DNA from: Mobula hypostoma
Lineage: Eukaryota
Assembly (NCBI RefSeq): GCF_963921235.1
Contig: NC_086097.1
Location: forward strand, 57,786,001-57,850,000
DNA length: 64,000 nt
Direction: 5' to 3'
The notes under the pieces are model-generated. The model had not been told where the DNA came from. It did no database searches and saw only the letters and a program-made list of their open reading frames with translations. The stretch's first letter is position 1. The number at the start of each line of letters is the position of its first letter. Shown one piece after another: positions 23,698 to 36,366 of this stretch. The position numbers were made by a program, and so were the translations under genes.

Positions 23698-25487
23698 TTC
23701 AATATGTCCTGGAAGAGCTGTGAAACTTATTTTGTCAAATGTCACTTGGTTATATTGTTCAATGACTGCAATTTCTCTTAAGGAAGGAATAAATAACAAC
23801 AAAAAAAAAATCACCCCACAAGATTTTGGCCACTTTCAATTCGCAAGGCAGTCCTTTATGCTATTTAAAGAGAAGTCTAAAAACCATTATTTCTGGATTA
23901 GAATCCTTTTGTGTTGCCAAATAGCATATTGTCCGCAGCTAAAGAAGATAAGTTGCAGTGGAGTTAAATTACCAAACCAAAGACTAGTAAAGCTTAAGGA
24001 TCTCAAAGGACTCTACTTCTAATCCATCAAAGCTCTGAAATTTCTAACGTCATTTTGTTCCCTGTGCTAATTCTCTGTGATGCTGATGTTGCTGCAGCCA
24101 TTTGTTGTGCAAACCTTTAGAGATCTGAGGTTTCCACTTGTGGGAGCTGATAATGACTTTGGCCACCAACTGGCTCGACCAGTGACGCACTGTCTTGAGA
24201 AGAAAGGGAATGAGTCATGCTGTCCCTGGAAAGCGAAATCAAAAGCTAACTGTAAACGAATGGAGAATCCAAATAACACAGTGTGTCTTTCATCTTCCAG
24301 CACCCTAATGACCTGCTAATGAAGGTCTTTTTTTATATAAAAACTTTTCAATGACTATGTTGCTAATTGTTTCTGCTGTGTGATGGTATACTGACTGCAA
24401 AATGTCGTTTTACAAATGAAAACTGCAGTAGCATGCTTATCACTGAGAATCAGTAAATGTCCTGTTTCAGCATCTATCAGTGTTACAATTAACCAGAATA
24501 GATCTTTTAAATAGTATAGTTTCTAAGATAGCCACTAGAAGCAAAAATTAGATGTGAAATACGGTGAGATAGCTTTTGAAAACGTGGCATATTGAGTGCT
24601 GGCTAACTACCGCGATAACAATTCAGTGATTAATATGTCTGATCTACGCTTCCCTTAATCCATTACATTAACGGCTTCTTAGAGAGGAATGAATGAAATG
24701 TGTGTTTCAGCCATCCTGAAGCTTCAGACACCCCTGAACGTAGCATGAAACTTCAGTAAACTATGCTGTAGAGATTATCCCTAGTGCTTTCATCTCTGGC
24801 TGGTCAGGGGCCAAGGAGGTGATGAGGGAGAAGATGCTTGCAGTGGAAAGTGGAAGTGTGAATTTTATTGCAGATCACATGTTTCACTGCAGAGACATAT
24901 GGAATTCATTTAAAAATTTGTTAATTGCCAGTTTGACAGATCCCAGCAAGTGAATGTTTGTAGATAATTCAACCCACTAAATCAGAGCTTTACAATGGCC
25001 TGATGAGGATAGGCAGTTACTAGACACCAGTTCACCATAGCTTCTATTTGCATAGGGAGCTAGTTTCAGTCTGAATATTATCATTTGATAGTGAAACAGT
25101 CAAGTAATACTGAAATAACCAGTCACTGCTGTCAATCTCTATCAATTAGTTCATAACAGCCAAATTCACGGCGTGAGGAAGAACTGCCAGCAGTGAAAGT
25201 GCTTGTACACTCTTGGTCAAATCCTCCTCTTTCTCTCAAATATGCTATACTTCATCTTTTTTTCAGTCTGTTTTGCAATGTCCCAAAGTATTTTCTGGGG
25301 GAAATCAGTTTAATTTGCATTTTATCAATGTATTCACTCTGCTCGAGATACATTATTTGCTCACCATTCACGGAACTCCAAACGAGCACTCTCCTGTTGT
25401 AAGCTTGTGGGCATTTTTTGATTGCATTTGTATCCAACAGAAAATTCACTTACACTTTTTAAAAAATTCTTCCTCGTTTTTATAGGT

Positions 25488-26095
25488 TCATAGAACATTA
25501 CAGCACAGTATAGACCCCTTCGGCCCATGATGTTATGCTGATCTTTTAGCCTATTCCAAGATTAATCTAACCCCCTACCTCCACATAGCCCTCCATCTTC
25601 CTTTCATTCATGCGCCCATCAAAGAGTCTCTTAAATATCCCTAATGTATCTGCCTCTACCACCAACCCTGGCAGTGTGTTCCATGCACTCACCACTCTGA
25701 ATATAAAAAAATCTACCTCTGAGAGCCCTCCTATACTTTCCTCCAATTGCTCTAAAATTATTTCCTCTTGAATCAGCCATTGCCACCCTGGGAAAAAGAC
25801 ACTGGCTGTCTACACGAGGAAATCTGCAGATGCTGGAATTTCAAGCAACACACATAAAAGTTGCTGGTGAACGCAGCAGGCCAGGCAGCATCTCTAGGAA
25901 GAGGTACAGTCAACGTTTTGGGCCGAGACCCTTCGTCAGGACTAACTGAAAGCTGTCTACTCTATTTACACCTCTCATAGTCTTATACGCCTCTGTCAAG
26001 TCACCTCTCATCCTCCTTTGCTCCAAAGAGAAGCCCTCTGCTGGTAAATCTCTTCTGCATCCTCTCTGAAGATTCTACATCCCTCCTATAATGAA
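25488..26095 (-). mobile_element. CR1 3' fragment hosting a PLE insert
   Basis: catagaacattacagcacagta..ccttcggccca..tctaccaccaaccctggcagtgtgttccatgcactcaccactctg is a reverse CR1 3' end. Confidence 0.8.
25814..25951 (-). mobile_element. Short PLE terminus with tail and hammerhead motif, 9-bp TSD
   Basis: TSD GCTGTCTAC at 25805-25813 and 25952-25960. Hammerhead motif at 25908-25943 with GAAA changed to AAAA. Confidence 0.88.
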
Positions 26096-26769
26096 GCAAG
26101 CAGAAGGTGTAAGTTGCAGGTTTGTCCTTGGCATGCTCCGCTAGGGGGGGCCTGTCTGTGTCCTTTTCTGTAACCTCTTTGTTGTACTTTTCCTCATCTC
26201 TGAATCTCCAGGAACACTTGCCCACCCCTCTTACTTCCTTGTATCGTCCATTCATTGAGTATCCGCATTTCCCAACAGCTTTCAGAGTGCTGCATGTATC
26301 ACAGCATGTCCTGAGTTGCTGCAATGATTGCATCTGTCACGTCAAATAGTGACAGCTGCCAGAAACTCTAACACATCATTAGTGTAAGCTGCACTGAAAG
26401 GACCATATTGCATTTAGCAGAGCGCTACCTGAGAATGCTATACTCTTGCAATGTAAGTACTTGCTCCTTACGTGACTTTCACAACCATTAATAGGCTGAC
26501 CATCATGCTACTGCAACATGGATAAAATGGACTACAGCAATTTGTAGGCCTATAAGTTAACTGTATACATACTCACTTTCAAGCAATACTTTATTCTGAG
26601 CATGATGGAACTTCTGCCATGATGTGCAAGACTCAGTTCCATATAAAGTTTTAACCACCATAGCACTTAATCTTCCCTTTGCTGACACACAGTAGCTGCT
26701 GATGTACTTTGTACCACCTGCAAACCACTCTGCTGTTACTTGCCACAGCTTTTTCAGCAAGATTGAAGA

Positions 26770-26990
26770 AGGTTAGCGACTACATGGGAACACCATCCAA
26801 GACATGCGTCATCCTGATTTAGAAATACATCGCTGTTTCACCATCTAGATCCAGGAGCAACATCGAGGGATTATCTTCACAAAAGCTGTGTGTGGTTTCA
26901 TCCCAACTAAATTCAACTCAAGGGCAGGTAGGAAAAAGCAATAAATTCCCAGCCTTCCCAGTAATGTACAAAACAGAAAATAAAAATTCA
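26770..26990 (+). mobile_element. Old CR1/L3-like 3' relic
   Basis: catgggaacaccat..catcctgatttagaaatacatcgctgtt..ctcaagggcaggtagg..gcaataaat..gccttcccag. A related relic lies at ~39550-40020. Confidence 0.5.
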
Positions 26991-28719
26991 AAATAGCAAG
27001 CAAATGACAGGGTGTTTAATGATCCAATGCTGTTTCTGTGCCGCTGACTGAGGAAAGGCTCAGTTTTGCAGCAATTTGAGAGTCACAATTCACCATAACT
27101 TGCTGGCTTGTATGCATATTAATAACAGCATGTGGTGTTCTTTATAGTAAATTCTAGGCCAACATTCCCATTGTGTCAAATTAATAGAAACATACACCTA
27201 ATCACAAGTACTATGCTGATTTTACTTTAATGCAGGGAAGCATGTACCACTATAGGCTAATTAAACTCATTTCTTCTCCCTCTATTTATCTGCCCCAAAA
27301 CAAAAGACCTAAATGTTTACTGTGCTGAAGGAAGGGTAAGTTGGAATACAGTAAAAAGGAGTTGAAGTTGAAAATTTGGGGTTCATTTTTCAGCCAAATG
27401 ATTTTTGTTTAACTTTTTGATTTGGAAAAGTTTAAATTATGAACCATTTTTAACAGTACAATGCTGACTAATAGCAACCTAATACTGCCAATTGTGCTTT
27501 TAATGTCTGCAGTCACTATTTAGCTTGACACCTTCATGCTGTGACTAAATATTTATAATCTTGCAATTATTTCAAAATTCAGTTGCAGTTTTCAGTCATC
27601 AACTAGAATTGTGTGTAGGTGAAATATTGGCCTCTGCAATGCTAAAAAGGCATTGTTGCTCTTTTACCCCATGGATCAAATCTTGACAAATTTATTAAAA
27701 GGTCTATCACCCCAGAACATAATGTAATTGCAAAATTAATAATAACAGCTGATATAAAATTCTTCTCCAGGGCAGTCTTCTATTCTTACTGTGTTGAAGC
27801 TGCTGTAGGATAGTTTTGGTTAGTTATACACAATGCTATTCTGTAAAAAAAAATCAGATCTCCTAAGTCCATATTTGCACACGTCTGCATAGCTGTTGTT
27901 TTAAAAAAATGCTCTGTCTTTTTCGTCACACTTTCATAATAAATTTCTATCCCCAGGCTTGCTATTGTAATAGTGGATCCACTTTTATTTGCAAGACTTT
28001 TGAATGGTCATTGGCTTTGCCAGCTTTGTTGAAATTGAGAGCAACGCAAGGTGCACTCAATAAATTCAATAACCATAATTAACCAATCAATGAAAGACCA
28101 CACCAATCGGGTGGGCAACCAGTGTGCAAAAGACAACAAATTATGCAAATACAGAAGGAAAGAAATAATAGTAAATAAATAAGCAATAAATATCAGAACA
28201 TGAGATCTCATTGTTATTAAGAGTTCCAATGGGCCACAGCTGACACTTCATGGGATCAATTGTTCACTTTCATTGGAAGGACCGAGGTCAGTTGCTTCTT
28301 CTAATTCCTTGTACTCTCACGTTGTTAAGGTCATGCCCTCCTGACACGATTAAGAGGATGCTGAGAACAGAAAATATTTATTTTGCTGCTTCTCGAGTTG
28401 ATTCCAAAGGTGGAGCTTGACTCCAAGTTCTTGGCTCAATTTCCTTTGCTAAGTTTTGACCTTGAATTTTGTCAGGCGTGTTCATGATCTCAAAATGATA
28501 GCAATAAACAGAAACAGAGACAAGGAGAGATAGAGAGAAAGACTGATGAGAGGAACATAAAGTAAAATGGGAGCAGATGGAGAGTGAGAATGCAAAGAAA
28601 GAAGTGCAAACGAGGTAAGCTCCAGAGCTGTAGAACATGTCCAAGAAATTAGACTTTGCAATAGGAGCGAGCAAAACTGGGCCAATTTTAGAAATGGACT
28701 GGCTAATTCTGACGGACAA

Positions 28720-29610
28720 AGACAATTAGAAAATTAATTTGTTGAATTCAGTACTGACTCCGGAAGGCAATGTGCAAAATTGAAGATGAGGTGCTTTTCC
28801 TTGAGCTTAAATTGGTTATCACCATAGAAATACGACATCATATGTACATAGGTCACAAAAAAGCTTTTGGCACATTGGCTTTCATAAATCAAAGTATCAA
28901 GTACAGGAGATGGGATGTTATGTTGAAGTTGTATAAGACATTGGTGAAGCCTAGGTTGGAGTATTGTGTGCAGTCTTGGTCGCCAACCTACAGGAAGGAC
29001 GTAAATAAGGTTGAAATAGTACTGAGAAGATTTACAAGGATGTTGCCGTGTCTGGAGGACCTGAGTTATAAGGAAAGGTTGAATAAGTTAGCACTTTATT
29101 TCTTGGAACGTAGAAGATTAAGAGGAGATTTGATAGAGGTATACAAAATTATGAAGTGTATAGAAAGGGTAAATGCAAGCAGGGTTTTTCTACTGAGGTT
29201 GGGTACAACCAGAGGTCATGGGTTAAGGGTGAAAGGTGAAACATTTAAGGGGAACATGAGGGGGAACTTCTTCACTCAGAGGGGTCATGAGAGTGTCGAA
29301 TGAGCTGCCAGCACAAGTGGTGCACGCGAGCTCAATTTCAACACTTAAGCAAAGTTTGGATAGGTACATAGATTGTAAGGGAATGGAGGGTTGCAGGTCG
29401 AAGGGAGTAGGCAGTTTAACTGTTTTGGCATGGACTAGATGGGGCAAAGTGATTGTCTCTGTGCTGTACTTTTCTATGATTCGAATACAAGAGACCATAG
29501 ATGGATACATTAAATTGCAAGCAGGATGAAGAATTGAAATACATGAAGCTCAGGGTTATTCATGCAGATTGAACTCAGGTGTTCTTCAAAAAATGCAGTC
29601 TGTAATTTGT
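28720..29610 (-). mobile_element. Old PLE endonuclease relic split by CR1
   Basis: Minus-strand KLKEKHLIFN..PSGVSTEFNK resembles RLEEQHLIYRLGSLQPLGMNIEFSNF of ORF 54137-54463. It appears to resume after 29480. Confidence 0.5.
28855..29481 (+). mobile_element. CR1 3' fragment
   Basis: ORF KKAFGTLAFINQSIKYRRWDVMLKLYKTLVKPRLEYCVQSWSP..., with tail ctgtacttttctatgatt. Confidence 0.9.
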
Positions 29611-31307
29611 TTCCTTTAACATACCTGTATAACAAGGCAAGAGCTGCCTTCACTATCATCTTTTGTACATCACCAGCCCGGTGGGTACAGAGCAGAAGCT
29701 TTCTCCTGTGTTGGCATTAAATGGAAGTGAATTAATACTATAGTCACTATTGTAAGAAAGGTCAATGTCTGTGATTGTGCCCCATTTTTTGATGGCTTCG
29801 GGAAAATACAAGTAACTAACTCTCACATAGAGAGCTGTAATTTCTCTTTTTCAGAAAATGATTGCAATTGTACCAGAAAGAACAGCTCAAAGATATTTAT
29901 GAAACTAAACAGGGTGTTACATACATAGGGTATGTCTGAAGAAAAAGGTGGTTGGACTCACTTAGCACCTTAGTGCACAGGTGTTTATTAGGTGCATCAA
30001 AAAGCAAACTTACAAAAATTAGCGGAAATAGTGAAAAGATAACTGCCAATACTTACAAAAAGATACCTACCAGAAAACATAATTACAGCTCCATAGTTTG
30101 TTCAGTGTGAACTGCTGACAACCCAATCTCTCTCTCCCAGTGAGAGCGAGCCCCATTTACTAGGCACCAGGACATACCATTTTCAATTACCCACTTCTAA
30201 CTTAAAACACATGAATTAGAATACGAAGCACTGTAGTTACAATCAAATCAAAAAATGTATAAATTATACAACCTTGAGATTTGTCTACTTACAGACATCT
30301 GCAAAGCAAGAAACCCGAAAGAACGCAATTTCATGCAAATTGACTTAGTTTAGGTTCTAAATATCAATGGAGCAAATGTATATGTGGGCATCCAGCTTTG
30401 TAGTATTCTTTAAAAGGAGGTTCCTTTCTGACTGTAAATTTAAAAAAATTGCATTTAGATTTTTTTGTTACAGCTGTTGCTTAACTGAGTACAATAACAT
30501 TCTTTATATTACTATATAACTTCAGATATTAAGTGTCTCTGAAACCTTTGCCAGCACTTTATCCTTAATTCTGAACACTCTTGAGATCAGAAAATGTTTT
30601 TGCTTATCCATGAGTCGATGCTGGATGCCAATGAATACCAGATTTTGCACTGTATATTAAGCGAGGAAGGCGTATCATTTTTACTGTGAGAGTGCAATTG
30701 GTTTCCTGCCAAGTGAATCTCAATGCTAATCATCGAAACGCAGCTGCTCCATTCCATTTACCCCCTGTTATTGACTAACAAAGGCTCCAAAAACATCCTT
30801 GAATCTGGGGTGGTAAGACTTATCACTGGAATTATCAAAACAAATCTCCAAAGTCCAATGCACTGTTTATTTATGTTAGCTGTGATTACTTATGTCTCCA
30901 TTCTGGCAGGATTACCATGGGAAGTGAAGGGCTTTTAGTAATTATACTTGGGTCACCTTCTCTCCTTGCTTCTTAGTTTAAACATTATAATTATTGACAG
31001 ATTTTGCTAACAGTAAAGAGTTCAGGAGTTCAATGTTAATTTAGCTGTGTCTACAATTAATATAGAATGTTACATCTCTATATAGAATGCATTGGAGACT
31101 GAAATGCATTGAATGCATTTTCTTCAATGTTACAGTAATGCAATCTCAGAAAAGATATTTAAACAGGCAACTTTAGGTTTTTTTGCATTTAATATTACAG
31201 GTTATGCTTGCTGCATGTGTGATATATTTCATCTACTTCAAAGCATTTTAACTCTAAGAAAAACATGAGTTTGTCAGTTTTGTGTCTCTGGAGAGTTTCT
31301 GTGAATT

Positions 31308-32065
31308 AGCACACACAAAATGTTGGAGGATCTTAGCAGGCCAGGCAGCATTTATGAAGGGGATTGGACTCCATTCAGGGCCCCAAACAGTCCTTCCAGA
31401 TGAGGCAATACTTCACCTGCTAATCTTTTGGGGTTGTCGACAGTATCCGGTGCTCCCATGCAGCCTCCTCTACATTATTGAGGCCCGACATACAGTAGAT
31501 TGGGGGACCGCTTTCTTGAAAATCTTTGCTCCATCTGCAAAAAGTAGGATTTCCCAGTAGTCAACCATTTTAATTCCAATGCCCATTCCCATTCCGGTAC
31601 GACGGCCCATAGCCTTCTCTACTGCCATGATGAGGTCACTCTCAGGTTGGAGGAACAACATCTCATATTCTTTCTGGGTATCTCCAACCTGATGGTATGA
31701 ACATCAATTTTTCCAACTTCTGGTCATTTTCTCCCTCCCCTTTCCACTATTCTTCAATTCTCCACTCTGGCCTCCCTCATTCCTCTTCTTCTCCTCACCT
31801 GCCTATTACCTCCCCCTCATGCCCCTTTTTCTTTCCTTTCTCTCATGGTCCACTCTTCTATCCTATCAGATTCCTTCTTCTCCAGCCCTTTAACTTTTTC
31901 ACCTATCATCTCTTAGCTTCTTACTTCATCCGCCTCGCCAACCTGACTTCACCTATCACTTTCTGAATTGTAACTCTTTCTCCTCCCCTCACTTTCTTAT
32001 TCTGGCTTCTTCTCCTTCCTTTCTAATCCTGATGATGGGTCTTGGCCAAAAAGATGGTCGGTTTG
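31308..32065 (+). mobile_element. PLE (short inverted 5' arm, degraded GIY-YIG, 3' UTR); its 3' end resumes at 36454-36546
   Basis: 31370-31720 is colinear with 54108-54460. Inverted arm 31310-31360. Probable TSD TTCTGTGAATT (31297-31307) / TTCTGTAAATT (36547-36557). Confidence 0.85.
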
Positions 32066-32144
32066 GATCAGAACTACATGGGAGCTGAATTCTGAAGAAA
32101 CGCAGTTTTTTTAAAAACTTCTTCGAGTGCAAGAAGGACGAGAC

Positions 32145-32190
32145 TGCGCAGGCGCGTGACGTCAACAGGACAGCGCGGAGAGCTTAAAGA
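32145..32190 (+). promoter_or_regulatory. Putative CR1 internal promoter (NRF1-like site abutting a CRE)
   Basis: TGCGCAGGCGCG at 32145-32156, perfect CRE TGACGTCA at 32157-32164, and TTAAA about 20 bp downstream. Confidence 0.5.
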
Positions 32191-32467
32191 GGAGACCACC
32201 CTATACAGCAGGCAGCTGTTGGAGCGGGCAGCAGAGTGTAGGGCTTTGGCTCCAACGGGCTTCGGCGGTAAAGGGGAAGAGGCGAGAGCGAGGCATGGAC
32301 TCTTTCTTTCTCCCCCACCCTTTCACGAATCGGCCCAGACAGGCAGGAACAGCAGGGCTCTCACAGCTAATGGTACGAGCTAACGGTTTAAAAAGTTCCT
32401 CTGTTTAGCGAGGTAAGTGGGTGAGTAGACTTATTTTTCCTGTTTCATTCCTGTAGAATTAGATAGC

Positions 32468-33394
32468 ATGCCTGCAGGGTTAGTGCTTTGTTCAGGGTGT
32501 CAGATGTGGGAATCCTGGGAGACCTCCAGCCTCCCTGATGGTCACATCTGCGCCAGGTGCACCGAGATGCAGCTCCTCAGAGACCGTATTAGGGATGCAC
32601 CTTGTGACCTACTGCTTATCAGGGAGAGTGAAGAGGTGATAGACAGGAGCTACAGGGAGGTAGTCATCCCTAGGCTACAGGGGTCAGAAAACTGGGTCAC
32701 TGTCAAGAGAGGGAAGGGAAATGCCTGGATAGTGGAGAGCACACCTGTGGCTGTCCCCCTCAGCAACAAATATCTTGTTCTGGAGGTTATTGAGGGGGAT
32801 GACCTGAAAGGGGATGCCCACAGTGACCGGGTCTCTGGCACTGAACCTGGCACTGTTGTGCAGGAGAGAAGGAGGGAGAAGAGAAATGCGGTAGTCGTAA
32901 GGGATTCCATAGTCAGGGGAATGGACAGGAGATTCTGTGAGCCTGACAGAGATACCCGCATGGTGTGTTGCCTCCCAGATGCCAGGGTGTGGGATGTCTT
33001 GGATCGGGTCCTGAATATTTTAAAGGGGGAGGGTGAACAGCCAGTTGTCTTGGTACGTGTTGGTACCAATGACATAGATAGGACAAAGGAGGAGGTCCTG
33101 AAGAGAGATTTCCAGGAGTTAGGAAGGAAGCTGAGAAGCAGGATCTCCAGGGTAGTAATCTCGGGATTGCTACCTGTGCCACATGCTAGCGAGGGCAAGA
33201 ATAGTAGGATCAGGCAGATGAATGCGTGGCTGAGAGACTGGTGCAGGGGGCAGGGCTTCAGATCCTTGGATAATTGGGATCTCTTCTGGGGGAAGTATGA
33301 CCTGTTCAAAAAGGACAAGTTACACCTGAACCTGAAGGGGACCAATATCCTGGCGGGAAAGTTTAATAGAGCTGTTAGGGAGGGTTTAAACTAA
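32468..33394 (+). CDS. CR1 ORF1p: N-terminal zinc finger and SGNH/GDSL esterase domain
   Basis: 308-aa intact ORF with CSGC..CARC. SGNH blocks are VVVRDSIVRG (GDS changed to RDS), VGTND and DKLHL. Confidence 0.9.
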   Translation: MPAGLVLCSGCQMWESWETSSLPDGHICARCTEMQLLRDRIRDAPCDLLLIRESEEVIDRSYREVVIPRLQGSENWVTVKRGKGNAWIVESTPVAVPLSNKYLVLEVIEGDDLKGDAHSDRVSGTEPGTVVQERRREKRNAVVVRDSIVRGMDRRFCEPDRDTRMVCCLPDARVWDVLDRVLNILKGEGEQPVVLVRVGTNDIDRTKEEVLKRDFQELGRKLRSRISRVVISGLLPVPHASEGKNSRIRQMNAWLRDWCRGQGFRSLDNWDLFWGKYDLFKKDKLHLNLKGTNILAGKFNRAVREGLN

Positions 33395-36366
33395 TTTGGC
33401 AGGGGCATGGGAACCGGAATGACAGAGCAGAGGAAGGGGAAAACAGAAATAAATCTAAGATAGTGAGCAGTAAAGATATCAGGAAAGACAGGCAGGTGAT
33501 GGGGCAAATTTGTAACCATTGGGATGAGTTGCAGTGCAATAATGTTGCAGTGAAATCAAAGCGAAAAGTACCAAATACTGGTCTTAAGGTGTTATACTTG
33601 AATGCACGCAGCATAAGGAATAAGGTGGATGATCTTGTCGTACAGCTACAGATTGGCAGGTATGATATTGTGGCCATCATTGAGACCTGGCTAAAGGATG
33701 CATGTCTCTGGGAGCTGAACATCCAAGGATATATGGTGTATCGGAAGGATAGGAAGGTAGGCAGAGGGGGAAGTGTGGCTTTATTGGTAAGAAATGATAC
33801 TTAATCATTAGAAAGAGGTGATATAGGATCGGAAGGTGCAGAATCTTTATGGGTTGAGCTAAGAAATTGCAGGGGTAAAAGGACCCTGGTGGCAGTTATT
33901 TATAGGCCTCCAAACAGCTGCAGGGATGTGGACTACAGATTACAAGAGGAAATAGAAAAGGCTTCTCAGAAGGGCAGTGTTATAATAATTGTGGGGGATT
34001 TTAACATGCGAGTGGATTGGGAAAATCAGGTCGGCACTGGATCTCAAGAGAGAGAATTTGTAGAATGCCTGCGAAATGGCTTTTTAGAACAGCTTGTTGT
34101 TGAGCCCACTAGGGGATCGGCTGTACTGGGTTGGGTATTGTGTAATGAACCGGAGGTGATTAGAGAGATTGAGGTGAAGGAACCCTGAGGAGGCAGTGAT
34201 CATAACATGATTGAGTTCACTGTGAAATTTGAAAAAGAGAAGCCGAAATCTGATGTGCCGGTATTTCAGTGGAGTAAAGGAAATTACAGTGGCATGAGAG
34301 AGGAACTGGCCAAAGTTGACTGGAAAGAGACACTGGTGGGAAAGACGGCAGAGCAGCAGTGGCTGGAGTTTATGCAAGAAGTGAGGAAGGTGCAAGACAG
34401 GTATATTCCAAAAAAGAAGAAATTTTCGAATGGAAAAAGGATGCAACTGTGGTTGACAAGAGAAGTCAAAGCCAAAGTTAAAGCAAAGGAGAGTGCATAC
34501 AAGGAAGCAAAAATTAATGGGAAGACAGAGGATTGGGAAGTTTTTAAAACCTTACAAAAGGAAACCAAAAAGGTCATTAAGAGGGAAAAGATTAACTATG
34601 AAAGGAAGCTAGCAAATTATATCAAAGAGGATACTAAAAGCTTTTTCAAGTATATAAAGAGTAAAAGACAGGTGAGAGTAGATATAGGACTGATAGAAAA
34701 TGATGCTGGAGAAATTGTAATGGGAGATAAGGAGTTGGCAGAGGAACTGAATGAGTATTTTGCATCAGTCTTCACTGAGGAAGACATCAGCAGTATACCG
34801 GACACTCAAGGGTGGCAGGGAAGAGAAGTGTGCGCAGTTACAATTACGACAGAGAAAGTACTCTGGAAGCTGAATAGTCTGAAGGTAGATAAATCTCCCG
34901 GATCAGATGGAATGCACCCTCATGTTCTGAAGGAAGTAGCTGCGGAGATTGCAGAGGCCATTAGCGATGATCTTTCAAAAGTCGATAGATTCTGGCATGG
35001 TCCCAGAGGACTGGAAGATTGCAAATGTCACTCCGCTATTTAAGAAGGGGGCAAGGAAGCAAAAAAGAAATTATAGACCTGTTAGTTTGACGTCGGTGGT
35101 TGGGAAGTTGTTGGAGTCGATTGTCAAGGATGAGGTTACAGAGTACCTGGAGGCATATGACAAGATAGGCAGAACTCAGCATGGATTCCTTAAAGGAAAA
35201 TCCTGCTTGACAAACCTATTACAATTTTTTGAGGAAATTATCAGTAGGCTAGACAAGGGAGATGCAGTGGATGTTGTATATTTGGATTTTCAGAAGGCCT
35301 TTGACAAGGTGCCACACATGAGGCTACTTAACAAGATAAGAGCCCATGGAATTACAGGAAAGTTACATACGTGGATAGAGCATTGGCTGATTGGCAGGAA
35401 ACAGAGAGTGGGAATAAAGGGATCCTATTCTGGTTGGCTGTTGGTTACCAGTGGTGTTCCACAGGGGTCCGTGTTGGGGCCGCTTCTTTTTATATTGTAC
35501 ATCAGCGATTTGAATTATGGAATAGATGGCTTTGTGGCTAAGTTTGCTGATGATACGAAGATAGGTGGAAGGGCCGGTAGTGCTGAGGAAACGGAGAGTC
35601 TGCAGAGAGACTTGGATAGATTGGAAGAATGGGCAAAGAAGTGGCAAATGAAGTGCAATGTTGGAAAGTGTATGGTTATGCACTTTGGCAGAAAAAATAA
35701 ACGGGCAGACTACTATTTAAATGGGGAAAGAATTCAAAGTTCGGAGATGCAACGGGACTTGGGAGTCCTCGTACAGGATACCCTTAAGGTTAACTTCCAG
35801 GTTGAGTCAGTAGTGAAGAAGGCGAATGCAATGTTGGCATTCATTTCTAGAGGAATAGAGTATAGGAGCAGAGATGTGATGTTGAGGCTCTATAAAGCGC
35901 TGGTGAGACCTCACGTGGAGTACTGTGGGCAGTTTTGGTCTCCTGATTTACGTTGGAGAGGGTACAGAGAAGATTCACTGGAATGATTCCGGGAATGAGA
36001 GGGTTAACATATGAGGAACGTTTGTCCGCTCTTGGACTGTATTCCTTGGAGTTTAGAAGAATGAGGGGAGACCTCATAGAAACATTTCAAATGTTGAAAG
36101 GCATGGACAGAGTGGATGTGGCAAAGTTGTTTCCCATGATGGGGGAGTCTAGTATGAGAGGCCATGAATTAAGGATTGAAGGGCGCCCATTCAGAACAGA
36201 AATGGGAGAAATTTTTTTTAGTCAGAGGGTGGTGAATCTATGGAATTTGTTGCCACGGGCAGCAGCGGAGGCCAAGTCATTGGGTGTATTTAAGGCAGAG
36301 ATTGATAGGTATCTGAGTAGCCAGGGCATCAAAGGTTATGGTGAGAAGGCGGGGGAGTGGGACTAA
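33391..36366 (+). pseudogene. CR1 ORF2 (APE endonuclease and RT) with stops and frameshifts
   Basis: YLNARSIRNK, IETWL, YRPP, GDFN (APE) and YLDFQKAFDKV, KFADD (RT). Stops at 33804 and 34188, frameshifts near 34960 and 35950. Confidence 0.92.

Noticed and set aside
32650..33345. 231-aa antisense ORF, and similar antisense ORFs over CR1 and Rex1 RT regions
   Set aside because: Shadow frames of LINE coding sequence with no domain signal.
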